Below the pieces are notes generated by a model, which was not told the DNA's origin, did no database searches, and was given only the letters and a program-made list of their open reading frames with translations. 29,068 nucleotides of DNA from a virus, in IMG/VR virus record IMGVR_UViG_3300032111_000014. One strand, given 5' to 3'. A program made the translations under genes and the position numbers. Positions 7,963-17,006 of the stretch are shown in pieces (the stretch's first letter is position 1; each line of letters starts with the position of its first letter).

Positions 7963-8148
7963 TTCGCTAAGAAGAAAAAAATTATTTCTAAGGAAGTCAG
8001 GGAAGAATTAGATGAAATATATGATTCCTTAGAATATAAGGGGCTTCTACCTTCATTTGCCCAGATATTGGATGATCTTAAAGAAACCGTGCAAAAGTAT
8101 CCAAATGCTAAATCTGTAGATGAGATAATTCAAGAAATTTCAAGATGA
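7963..8148 (+). pseudogene. Start-less 61-codon frame coupled to the PIN gene (possible antitoxin remnant)
   Basis: FAKKKKIISKEVREELDEIYDSLEY...QEISR*; ATGA overlap with the PIN start; bounded upstream by TGA 7960-7962 at the repeat-array junction. Confidence 0.45.
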
Positions 8149-8754
8149 CTGAAAAAGATCATATACTCGGATTTTTCTGTGATACTGGGTTTATCATAGG
8201 GCTTTGCATAGAGACAGATAAACATCATCAAGAGTGCGCCAAATTAACTGCTAAATATCCTATAGAAAAACATGATTATTTTACATGTTTAATTGTTTGT
8301 GATGAGGTAAATCATTGGATTCACCGCCTCACGGGAAAATTAATTGAAGAAGAAGGGGACAAAGGAACAAAAATAATAGAAAGGAAGCTTAAGAGGTATT
8401 TTAATAATTTTTTGTTAAAAATAGAAGTTTTCGATGTCGATGATGTAGAAACTGAGGCTACAGAAACTTTAAAAGAAGTATATAATCAGATCATTTTGGA
8501 TTTGCAGAACTTGATAGGTTATATGACACCTAATCAAATAAATGATATTAAGATTATAGCCACCGCTTTGATATGGGGGGGCCTATACTAATTGTTATGT
8601 GCATAAATGTTTTCTAACTGTTGATAAAGGCCATATATTTGATAAAAGGGATAAAATTTACAGGATAGGCTGTAGATGCCTTAAGACAAAAAACCCTCCT
8701 CTTAGGATTAAATATGTTGGATGCTCATCAGGTGATGGTAATTTAGCGTCTTAA
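8145..8754 (+). pseudogene. PIN-domain (VapC-like) ribonuclease, frameshifted at a G7 run (8575-8581)
   Basis: FCDTGFII, CDEV and NDIKIIATAL in frame 0; the final PIN motif FLTVDKGH is in the +1 frame, open to TAA 8754. Removing one G gives 202 aa. Confidence 0.75.
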
Positions 8755-8787
8755 GTTTTATAGTCTATGCTTTTTTTATTTTTGTAT

Positions 8788-9159
8788 ATGGGAATAAGTG
8801 AATCCTTAAACCGAAGATATGATATGCATAATTCTTCTAATGGTGAATGGAGACATACTCAACACTACTTTTTCCTGGAGACAATATCTGCAGACCTCAA
8901 CCTCAACAGGACTGATATACAAAGAATACTCTACATAACACGGAGGGTGGGGATCAAACAATTACATAAGCGCGCATCAATGGAACAGGTCCTATTGGCC
9001 CTTGCAGTATTCATCAAGGAGGAATCAACGGGCCATCCCCTAAGGATAGACAGGTACAGTATCCTTAAGGAATACAATGTTAACTATAAATTGTACACTA
9101 CTGTCCTCAGGAATCTTCTCCAATATTATCGTAGCAGATCCCCTGTTGTGAGGGGATGA
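8788..9159 (+). CDS. Single cyclin-fold (TFIIB/TFB core repeat-like) protein, candidate late transcription regulator
   Basis: ISADLNLNRTDIQRIL...RASMEQVLLALAVF...GHPLRID resembles the TFB repeat; TTTTATAG at 8757 fits a leaderless start at 8788 (track start 8767). Confidence 0.5.
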   Translation: MGISESLNRRYDMHNSSNGEWRHTQHYFFLETISADLNLNRTDIQRILYITRRVGIKQLHKRASMEQVLLALAVFIKEESTGHPLRIDRYSILKEYNVNYKLYTTVLRNLLQYYRSRSPVVRG

Positions 9160-9162
9160 ATA

Positions 9163-9375
9163 TTGCAGGATTACAGGATATTCCAGATCAAAGTATATGA
9201 TAATTATAATTTGTTTTTGAGTGAGGAGGAGAAATGCCCTGAATGTGAAGGTATCCATTTTGAGTTGGATGCCGAGTATAATATTTGCTGCAGGTCATGT
9301 GGTTTGGTTCTGTCAAGTGTTTGTTGTTATGTTGGTGGAGTGAAGTTGGACTTACCCTGGGGCCTCCTACTTTAA
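9163..9375 (+). CDS. TFIIB-type zinc-ribbon protein
   Basis: CPECEGIHFELDAEYNICCRSCGLVL matches the TFB N-terminal ribbon CPxC-X14-15-CxxCGLV; TTG start in the same GAATATTG context as 5191. Confidence 0.75.
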   Translation: MQDYRIFQIKVYDNYNLFLSEEEKCPECEGIHFELDAEYNICCRSCGLVLSSVCCYVGGVKLDLPWGLLL

Positions 9376-9464
9376 CCACCCAGTTTTGCAGTATTCTCTA
9401 ATAACTCTGTTGATGTTCCGACTACGTTACATACATATTATAGGAGAGAACTGAGGTGACAAAA

Positions 9465-9602
9465 TTGGATCGTGAAGCACTAGGACTCACAGGCCTTATC
9501 ATATTGGGGATGATATCTTTGTACTTCAAACAATACGAATTAGGCTCTGCATGTATTGGGGCCATCGCAGGATACATAGCCCGCCCAGGAGAAACAACAT
9601 GA
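9465..9602 (+). CDS. Small 2-TM holin-like protein (45 aa; not in ORF track)
   Basis: GAGGTGA SD and TTG start; MDREALGLTGLIILGMISLYFKQYELGSACIGAIAGYIARPGETT*. Confidence 0.55.
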   Translation: MDREALGLTGLIILGMISLYFKQYELGSACIGAIAGYIARPGETT

Positions 9603-9823
9603 CAAAAGAGGGACATGGATGCATACAAAAAGAGAGGATAACAAGCCTGGAGGAGAGACTGAAAAACGTTGAATACGACATCATCGACATCAAGGAGACC
9701 AATAAAATGCTAATAGACCTCCAAGCAGAAATAGCAACCCTCAAAGCCTACCACAAAATCACCATGATACTCTTAACAGCCCTGCTCATCCCCATAATCA
9801 TCACACTCATACGCACAATATAA
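9599..9823 (+). CDS. Coiled-coil plus C-terminal TM protein (XhlA/hemolysin-like lysis accessory)
   Basis: ATGA-coupled start at 9599; ERITSLEERLKNVE heptads then ITMILLTALLIPIIITLI. Confidence 0.6.
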   Translation: MTKEGHGCIQKERITSLEERLKNVEYDIIDIKETNKMLIDLQAEIATLKAYHKITMILLTALLIPIIITLIRTI

Positions 9824-9863
9824 CCCCACCCACAAAATCACACAAACAAACACATGATCACAC

Positions 9864-10385
9864 ATGAAAGAAACACCAACCCAAAGGAAAGCATTCGAAT
9901 ACTACTACTCCCTTGGCGACAAAAGAAACCTGAAAAAAGTCGCTGAAAAATTCGGATACTCATATGACACAATTAGAGGATGGTCATCCAAACTCAGGTG
10001 GCGGGAGAGGATATACCAGTACGAGAAGAAACAACTCCAGGAGATAAGAAGAGCGCGTGAAGAATTATCAGAGGAGTCAAAGGAATACTATGCTGACCTC
10101 TGGAGCAAATACCTTAAGGCTTGCAGCCTCACACTGGAGGGTTACATTGAATCCATCGAGAATGGAGGGGAAGGCCTCACCTTACAGACATCTAAGGACC
10201 TCCATAACCTTGGATTAGCAATAGCATTGGGCCTGGGGGATCCTACTGAGATACATGAACACCGTGAAAGTGGTGGTGAACTGGAGGATTTGCTGGAGGA
10301 TCTTGTGTCGGCCACGAAGAACCTGAAGGATGAGGGTATGGATGAAGGCCTGGATGATGAAGAGGCTGAAGTTGAAGGTGGCTGA
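9864..10385 (+). CDS. terS: Terminase small subunit
   Basis: N-terminal HTH (NLKKVAEKFGYSYDTIRGWS..W) immediately upstream of terL. Confidence 0.75.
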   Translation: MKETPTQRKAFEYYYSLGDKRNLKKVAEKFGYSYDTIRGWSSKLRWRERIYQYEKKQLQEIRRAREELSEESKEYYADLWSKYLKACSLTLEGYIESIENGGEGLTLQTSKDLHNLGLAIALGLGDPTEIHEHRESGGELEDLLEDLVSATKNLKDEGMDEGLDDEEAEVEGG

Positions 10386-11736
10386 CTGGAAAAAGAAACT
10401 GAAAGAATCAGAGAATATTCGGAGCATCCTCCAGGGCCTCTCTGACAGGGAATTGAAGCTGTTCTATTCGACGATAATATTGAACCCATATATCCCTGTG
10501 AACCCCTTCCATAAACAGATTAAGTTTCTATTGTCAGATGAACGTGAAGTCCTGTATGGTGGTGCGGCAGGTGGCGGTAAATCAGTGGCTTTACTTATGG
10601 GGGCCCTGCAATATGTGCATTACTCTGATTACGCCGCCCTAATCCTGCGCCGAACCTATCCTGAGCTCAGCCAGGAAGGAGGCCTTATAGACATGGCCCA
10701 TGACTGGCTTGGGGGGACGGATGCAGAGTGGAATGAACAGAAAAAACGGTGGACATTCCCCTCCGGCGCTGCATTGCAGTTTGGGCATATGGAACATGAA
10801 AAGGACCGCTACAGATACCAGGGGTCGTCATATCATTATATCGCATTCGATGAACTCACAGAGTTCATGGAGACACAATATAGGTTCATGTTCCGATCAC
10901 TCCGTAAGGAAGTGGATGATCACATACCTCTACGCGTCAGGGCCACCAGTAACCCTGGAGGTATTGGGCATGAATGGGTTAAAACCCGCTTCATTACAGG
11001 TGAAAAGACATTCATCCCCTCAACATGGAGGGAAAACCCTTATCTTAACCGGGATGAATATGAAGAGGCCCTGAATATGCTTGACCATGTAACCCGTAGG
11101 CAGTTGAAGGATGGGGACTGGGATGTTACACTGCAGGGTGGGGTGTTCAAGAGGGAATGGTTTGAGGTCATCGATTCACCCCCACATGGTCTTGTGATGA
11201 GTATCAGGTACTGGGATTTCGCAGCAACTAAACCTGACGGGGCCAATGACCCTGACTATACAGTTGGTTTGCTTCTGGGAGTGGATAAGGAGGATTACTA
11301 TTATGTTCTTGATGTCCGGCGGTTCAGAGAATCCCCTGGAAAGGTTAAATCGAAGGTCCTGAGGACTGCTGAGGAGGATGGGCGTGAAGTGATCATCGCT
11401 AAGGAGGAGGAGCCAGGATCCTCAGGTAAGATAGTCACTGATTACCTTAGAAGCCTACTCCAAGGCTACACATTCAGGGCTGACCGCGTGACTGGAGATA
11501 AGGTGACACGCGCCCTTCCCGTTTCAAGTTATGCGGAATCAGGGCGCATCAAAGTCCTCAGAGCTCCCTGGACAAGGGCATTCCTTGATGAATTGGAGGC
11601 CTTCCCCATGGAGGGTGTCCATGACGATCAGGTCGATGCGTTCAGTGGTGCTTTTAACATATTATCAATGGAGATGAGGAGAAAGAAGAAGATCTACATC
11701 TCAGGACCTCTCAGAAGGAGGAGGAAGCATGTTTAA
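10330..11736 (+). CDS. terL: Terminase large subunit (start may be GTG 10378)
   Basis: Walker A YGGAAGGGKS, Walker B YIAFDE, ATSNPGG motif III, RNase H-like nuclease end HDDQVDA. Confidence 0.95.
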   Translation: MRVWMKAWMMKRLKLKVADWKKKLKESENIRSILQGLSDRELKLFYSTIILNPYIPVNPFHKQIKFLLSDEREVLYGGAAGGGKSVALLMGALQYVHYSDYAALILRRTYPELSQEGGLIDMAHDWLGGTDAEWNEQKKRWTFPSGAALQFGHMEHEKDRYRYQGSSYHYIAFDELTEFMETQYRFMFRSLRKEVDDHIPLRVRATSNPGGIGHEWVKTRFITGEKTFIPSTWRENPYLNRDEYEEALNMLDHVTRRQLKDGDWDVTLQGGVFKREWFEVIDSPPHGLVMSIRYWDFAATKPDGANDPDYTVGLLLGVDKEDYYYVLDVRRFRESPGKVKSKVLRTAEEDGREVIIAKEEEPGSSGKIVTDYLRSLLQGYTFRADRVTGDKVTRALPVSSYAESGRIKVLRAPWTRAFLDELEAFPMEGVHDDQVDAFSGAFNILSMEMRRKKKIYISGPLRRRRKHV

Positions 11737-13357
11737 TTATCACCTCTCAATCAAGTCACTTGAAAAGTATAAGGCTATTAAGAGGGAGGAAGTAGAATCA
11801 CAGGCCCTCGGGGAGACACGTTTTGAGGAGTACGTGGAACCCAAAGTCAATCCACTTGTCCTGCTTTCACTCCTCCAGGTCAATCCCTATCATGCCAGCG
11901 CCTGTAGCATTAAAGCCAATGATATTATCAGGACAGGTTACATTTTAGAAGGAGACGATGAAGGGGTGGTTGAGGAGTTCATCAGGGCATGTAAACCTTC
12001 ATTTGAATACGTCCTCCTCAGGGCCCTTGAGGATCTTCAGGTTTTTAATTACTGCACACTTGAAGTTGTGAGGGATGGCCAGGGCGACCCTATCCGGTTT
12101 GAATATATCCCTTCCCATACGGTCAGGGTGCATAAGGATGGTTCAAGGTACCGGCAGACCTGGGATGGGGTTAACATCACCCACTTCAAGGACTACCGTT
12201 ATGAAGGGGAAATCAACCCTGAAACAGGAGAGGACCAGGATAGTGTAGGGGCAAATGAACTTGTCTTTATCCATATACCCTCCCCTGTATGCAGCTACTA
12301 TGGCGTCCCACGGTACGTTTCAGCAGCCCCTGCGATCTTGGCGATGCAGAAAATCGATGAATACAACTATGCATTCTTTGACAATTACACGATCCCTAGT
12401 TATGTGATTACAGTGACGGGGGAATTTGAAGATGAACTTGAGGAGGACCCTGATGGGAACCCCACCGGGAGAACTGTCCTCCAAGCATTGATCGAGGATA
12501 ATTTCAAACACCTCAAAGAAGCCCCACACACCCCCCTTGTCTTCTCAATACCCGGGGGGGATACTGTGAAAGTCACTTTCACCCCATTAAACACGTCACA
12601 GAAAGAGTTAAGCTTCAGGGAGTATGCTGCTGAGAAAAAATATGATATTGCAGCAGCCCACATGATCGACCCTTACCGGTTGGGGATAGCTGACACAGGT
12701 CCATTGGGTGGTAACTTCGCTGAGGTAACCCGACGCACATACTATGAGTCTGTTGTGAGACCACAGCAGAACATCATATCCTCCATACTTACAGATTTCT
12801 TTCAAGTGAAATTCAACCCCAAAACAAGATTTAAATTTAATGATGAAACCCTCCTAGAGTCAGACTCAGTGAGGAATTACGCACTCCTTGTACAGTCAGG
12901 AGTCCTCACACCCGCCGAGGCGCGTGAAAGACTGTTTGGTTTGGATGGTGGCCCTGACATATTCATGGTACCATCAAAGGGTGCTGCCAAGTCTGTGAAG
13001 AGACAGGAAAGAAACTATGAGAAAAACCAGATCAGGGAAATCAGGAAGATCTATGCCAAATACCATCCACGCTTCAATGAAATCATATCATCAAAACTCA
13101 GTGCCGAAGAAAAAAAGAAAAAAATCGATGAAGTCCTGGCAGAGTTCAGGGCCGAGGCATATGAGGCTGGAAAGAAAATGCTCATCATAGGAGGGGATAT
13201 GGGTTCTATGTCAGCCCTCAACAAAGGAGTATCTGTAATCCCCTCCAAACCATTGAATCTTGAGAGGTATGAGGAACTCCTAGAAGCATCTGTTGAGGAT
13301 ATAATGGGGAGGATACGACACTACCTCTACAAGGTTATAGGATGGAGGGAACTGTAA
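11729..13357 (+). CDS. Portal protein
   Basis: Follows terL; 542 aa; portal motifs (YYGVP, IAAAHMIDP..LG, GVLTPAEARE). Confidence 0.88.
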   Translation: MFNYHLSIKSLEKYKAIKREEVESQALGETRFEEYVEPKVNPLVLLSLLQVNPYHASACSIKANDIIRTGYILEGDDEGVVEEFIRACKPSFEYVLLRALEDLQVFNYCTLEVVRDGQGDPIRFEYIPSHTVRVHKDGSRYRQTWDGVNITHFKDYRYEGEINPETGEDQDSVGANELVFIHIPSPVCSYYGVPRYVSAAPAILAMQKIDEYNYAFFDNYTIPSYVITVTGEFEDELEEDPDGNPTGRTVLQALIEDNFKHLKEAPHTPLVFSIPGGDTVKVTFTPLNTSQKELSFREYAAEKKYDIAAAHMIDPYRLGIADTGPLGGNFAEVTRRTYYESVVRPQQNIISSILTDFFQVKFNPKTRFKFNDETLLESDSVRNYALLVQSGVLTPAEARERLFGLDGGPDIFMVPSKGAAKSVKRQERNYEKNQIREIRKIYAKYHPRFNEIISSKLSAEEKKKKIDEVLAEFRAEAYEAGKKMLIIGGDMGSMSALNKGVSVIPSKPLNLERYEELLEASVEDIMGRIRHYLYKVIGWREL

Positions 13358-13508
13358 GATTTTCCATTGTGTCGGCCAACCAACCCAAATGAGACTTGTT
13401 TTTTCTTCAGCCATGAGATCCCCCTGTCTGCTGCAAAATCTACCTCCTAAAAATATGGTTTTATGGGTGGTTGGCCTGCTCCCTAATAACATTTTGTGGT
13501 GAGATCTG

Positions 13509-14162
13509 ATGGCGCGTCCTGGAGGAGTTGAGTATGATCATGAAAAGCTTGACCACATGTTTGATGAATTCCTCGCGGATATACAGGATGTCCTGACTCG
13601 TTTAAAAGTTACCGATGTTGAATCCTTCTTATCAGATTTTCACTCACTCACTAAGGCAGAATTCATGAGGCGTTATGGTGTCAGTGAACGTGAATACGAT
13701 GAACTCCAAGCCGCGCTTCAAGAAGTAGAGGATTTAAACCTGCCAACCTTTGAGGATGAAAAGGATTTAGCGCAGATCATCTGGTTCATGGGCCTTGCGG
13801 TGGTTTATCTTGCGAGGGATATTGAACGTGACACAGAAATCCAGGCATATCGTCAGCACGCCGAAGCACATGGCAGGGAATTATATCTGAACTGGGTGAC
13901 AATGGGTGATGATCATGTCTGTGAGACATGCCAAGACTATGAGGACGGATCCCCCTATAGGGTGGAGGAATTCCCTCATATCCCCCACCCCTTCTGCAGA
14001 TGCCACCCTGAACCCTGCGATGAGAATGGAAGGCCAATCGATGATCTTTCAGAGTACAGTGAAACTGAACTTGAATATTATGATGAGATCATGGAGGACT
14101 TTGGGGATGTTGGGATCGACTTTGAAGCCGTACCGCCACCGCCACCATACTACTACATTTAA
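13509..14162 (+). CDS. Head morphogenesis/minor head protein (SPP1 gp7/Mu gpF-like)
   Basis: WVTMGDDHVCETC...PHPFCRC motif. Confidence 0.8.
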   Translation: MARPGGVEYDHEKLDHMFDEFLADIQDVLTRLKVTDVESFLSDFHSLTKAEFMRRYGVSEREYDELQAALQEVEDLNLPTFEDEKDLAQIIWFMGLAVVYLARDIERDTEIQAYRQHAEAHGRELYLNWVTMGDDHVCETCQDYEDGSPYRVEEFPHIPHPFCRCHPEPCDENGRPIDDLSEYSETELEYYDEIMEDFGDVGIDFEAVPPPPPYYYI

Positions 14163-14179
14163 TGGGAGTGTGATAGGTT

Positions 14180-15385
14180 GTGACTTGGAAATTGCATAGG
14201 AAAGGATATGAAAATGCAAAGAGCCTCATAGAGGCTGGGAAAGTTAATGATGGTGAATGGGAGAAGCCCGACCTCAAGGACTTCAATGATGTCGAAGAGT
14301 ACGCATTATTCCATCTTGCAGTAAACCCCGATGCTGACCCCAGCACTGCAGGGGCATATGCTTATCCTTATGGTCGTGAAGGGGAGGTGTACCTCCAAGC
14401 ACTCAGAGCTATACGATCCTCTGCTGCAGGGGCTAGAGGAGCAACACGTAACGATGAGATATTCGATGCCGCAGGCAGACTCCTTGAAATGATCAATGAG
14501 AAAGGGGATGGATCAAGGAAATGCCATGGAGACCATTGCATACAGCAACATATGATCCTCAAGGTGGATGAGCATCAGAGGGTCATCACGGGCCCAGTTC
14601 TGGTTCCTGGTGAGTTTGACCTTGATGGTGACATTGTTTCAAAGGAACAGGTTGAAAGGGTGGCCTACAAGTTCATGGAGGATTACCAGAACGTTGATAT
14701 CCTCCATCGTTTTAAGAACGTGGCTAAACCGGTTGAATCTTTTATACTGCGTGAGGATACGATGATGGAGGGTGTGGACCTTCCAGAGGGCACCTGGATA
14801 CTCTCAGCGAAAGTATATGATGATGACACATGGAGGGGTATCCTGGAGGGGAAGTATCAGGGTTTCAGCATCACAGCCGTTCCAGCAGTCATGAAGAAAA
14901 CAACACTGGCAGATATTGGCTGGCCATTTGACGTTGTAACAGTTTCGATTGTTGACAGGCCAGCAGTCCCAAAAGCAAGATACCTATCTATTAAACGAGG
15001 TGATAGGATGGATGAGAAATCTGTTCTTAAAACAATTTTTGAGAATTTGAAGCAGTATTTCGAGCAGGACAAACCAGCCGCCAAATTAGATGCTGGTGAA
15101 GTCCAAGTCCTGAAGACTGAGATGGATTCGCTCAAAACATCAATTAATGATGTGATTGCTGAGTTGAAATCACTGAAAGAAGCGATTCAGACAGAAACAG
15201 GATCAGAGAATAATGCAGAACCTGATGATTGTGATAAAGACGCTGAGGAAGAAGGATCCTTAAAGTCTGACAAAGATACGCAGGCTCTGAAGGGCCAGGT
15301 GGGAGAAACCAGAAGATCAGCGCTCAAATCATTCCACGAGGAAATGGGCGTTGACCTCTTCGGAAGACCAATCGATAGAGAATGA
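14180..15385 (+). CDS. Prohead protease (XkdF-like) with extra N-terminal domain and C-terminal scaffold-like coiled coil
   Basis: ITGPVLVPGEFDLDGD...H...GTW...GKYQGFSI; position between minor head protein and MCP. Confidence 0.8.
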   Translation: MTWKLHRKGYENAKSLIEAGKVNDGEWEKPDLKDFNDVEEYALFHLAVNPDADPSTAGAYAYPYGREGEVYLQALRAIRSSAAGARGATRNDEIFDAAGRLLEMINEKGDGSRKCHGDHCIQQHMILKVDEHQRVITGPVLVPGEFDLDGDIVSKEQVERVAYKFMEDYQNVDILHRFKNVAKPVESFILREDTMMEGVDLPEGTWILSAKVYDDDTWRGILEGKYQGFSITAVPAVMKKTTLADIGWPFDVVTVSIVDRPAVPKARYLSIKRGDRMDEKSVLKTIFENLKQYFEQDKPAAKLDAGEVQVLKTEMDSLKTSINDVIAELKSLKEAIQTETGSENNAEPDDCDKDAEEEGSLKSDKDTQALKGQVGETRRSALKSFHEEMGVDLFGRPIDRE

Positions 15386-15396
15386 GGTGATGCAAA

Positions 15397-16344
15397 ATGC
15401 TGACAATTGAAGATATTAAAGGAGGCAAACCATTTGAAATAGTCCCCAAGATAGATGTTCCAGATCTTGGACGTGGCGTGCTCTCTGTTGACAGGTTCGG
15501 AGAATTCGTGAAGGCCGTTAGGGATTCAGCAGTTATCATACCAGAGGCACGTATAGATAATGCGCTTAAATCATACGAGAAGGATATAAGCAGACTTTCA
15601 CTTGTCCTGGATGTGGGACCTGGACGTGACGCAACCGGTCAGAAGTTAGCACCCCCAGAGTCAACTGCCGAGGTTAAGACAAACACGCTATACATGCGAG
15701 AAATGGTAACGAAGGTCATCATCCATGAGGACGCCATAGAGGACAACATTGAAGGCAAAGCATTCGAACAAAAAATTGTCACCCTCCTCGGGGAAGGAAT
15801 CAGTTATGTCCTAGAGAAATATTACCTCCATGGGGATACATCATCATCAGATCCCCTCCTGAAGATGAGTGACGGATGGCTGAAACTTGCCGGTGAAAAA
15901 CTGACAGAATCTGATGTTGACCCTGAAGCTGAGGATTGGCCGATGAATCTCTTTGATACAATGATAGAGAGTATCCCCACCCCATACAGGAACAATCTTC
16001 CCAACATGAAATTCTATGTAACCTGGGATATTTACAGAGCATATCGTGATGCGTTGAAAGGTCGTGAGACAGGATTGGGGGACCAGGCCCTCACCGGAGC
16101 TAATTCAGTCCTATATAATGGTCGGCCTGTTCAGTATGTCCCCGCATTAGAGGCTTTAAATGATGGTAAGTCGAGGGCTCTTTTTGTTGTGCCAACACAG
16201 TTAGTCTATGGTTTCTGGAGGAACATTAAAGTGGTGCCTGACTATGACGCTGACATGAGACTCACAAAGTACGTTGCAAGCCTAAGGACAGACAACCATT
16301 ATGAGGATGAGGAAGGAGCAGTATCAGCAACCATAACAGTTTAA
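15397..16344 (+). CDS. Major capsid protein (HK97 fold)
   Basis: 315 aa after the protease; typical segments (LEKYYLHGD, DGWLKLA, YNGRPV, VYGFWRNI). Confidence 0.88.
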   Translation: MLTIEDIKGGKPFEIVPKIDVPDLGRGVLSVDRFGEFVKAVRDSAVIIPEARIDNALKSYEKDISRLSLVLDVGPGRDATGQKLAPPESTAEVKTNTLYMREMVTKVIIHEDAIEDNIEGKAFEQKIVTLLGEGISYVLEKYYLHGDTSSSDPLLKMSDGWLKLAGEKLTESDVDPEAEDWPMNLFDTMIESIPTPYRNNLPNMKFYVTWDIYRAYRDALKGRETGLGDQALTGANSVLYNGRPVQYVPALEALNDGKSRALFVVPTQLVYGFWRNIKVVPDYDADMRLTKYVASLRTDNHYEDEEGAVSATITV

Positions 16345-16358
16345 GAATGGGGGATCAT

Positions 16359-16649
16359 ATGGAGACAAATGAACGATTGGACAGTATGGTGCAGGAACTC
16401 TTCACCAAATATTCAGGTGTAAACATCAACAACTTCGATGAACTCTTTAACCAGCCCCCTGGTTTTCTCAAGGATTTCAGCGAGTACTCCTATGAACTCC
16501 TGAAATTCAATGATTATATTAAAATGTCGGGGAACAGACAGCGAGATATTAGAAGCCTTTATAGATTGACGGCACTCTTACTTTTGGGTTTGGTGTACAC
16601 GAGTCAGAGACTCAGCACCCTTGAAAATCCACCGGAGCCTCCAGAATAA
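16359..16649 (+). CDS. Hypothetical virion-module protein
   Basis: ORF after the MCP; GGGGGA SD favours ATG 16359 over 16347. Confidence 0.65.
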   Translation: METNERLDSMVQELFTKYSGVNINNFDELFNQPPGFLKDFSEYSYELLKFNDYIKMSGNRQRDIRSLYRLTALLLLGLVYTSQRLSTLENPPEPPE

Positions 16650-16664
16650 TATGGGGTCTCAGCT

Positions 16665-16988
16665 ATGACAATCACACCTGAAGATATACGTATAGAGTTA
16701 CGAAGGGATGAGTTAACTGATTCAGAGGAGGCATTCATCACTAGAAAAATCGAAGAGTACAGTCTACGCGCTGGGAGGATCAACCCCACGGCACCGGATC
16801 ATATAAAGGATGAGTATGTCCTTGCAGGAGTTCTGCAGGCCTTTCTCACAGATTACATGGATGATGTTTCATCATTTACTGATGGAAGATTCAGCATAAC
16901 AAGAAAATCAATCATCGAAAATCCCATCAGTGACAGGTTCAAAAAAGCCCTGCTCAAGTTACAGGGCATCAGGATATGGAAACCATAA
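16665..16988 (+). CDS. Putative head-tail adaptor
   Basis: Size, helical N-terminus (ITPEDIRIEL) and synteny. Confidence 0.55.
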   Translation: MTITPEDIRIELRRDELTDSEEAFITRKIEEYSLRAGRINPTAPDHIKDEYVLAGVLQAFLTDYMDDVSSFTDGRFSITRKSIIENPISDRFKKALLKLQGIRIWKP

Positions 16989-17006
16989 CGATAAGGGGGT
17001 GGATGT

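Noticed and set aside
7746-8011. ORFs 7746..7952(-), 7753..7962(+) and 7820..8011(+)
   Set aside because: They lie within the palindrome array, show low-complexity YI/VY repeats and lack SD motifs; likely artefacts.
9156-9200. Alternative ATG-started 14-aa ORF, or a frameshift fusing the cyclin-like and Zn-ribbon genes
   Set aside because: No slippery sequence at the junction; the TTG at 9163 has good SD spacing, so two separate genes is the simpler reading.
10330-11736. Intein or homing endonuclease in terL
   Set aside because: Normal length, contiguous ATPase and nuclease motifs, and no intein splice motifs.
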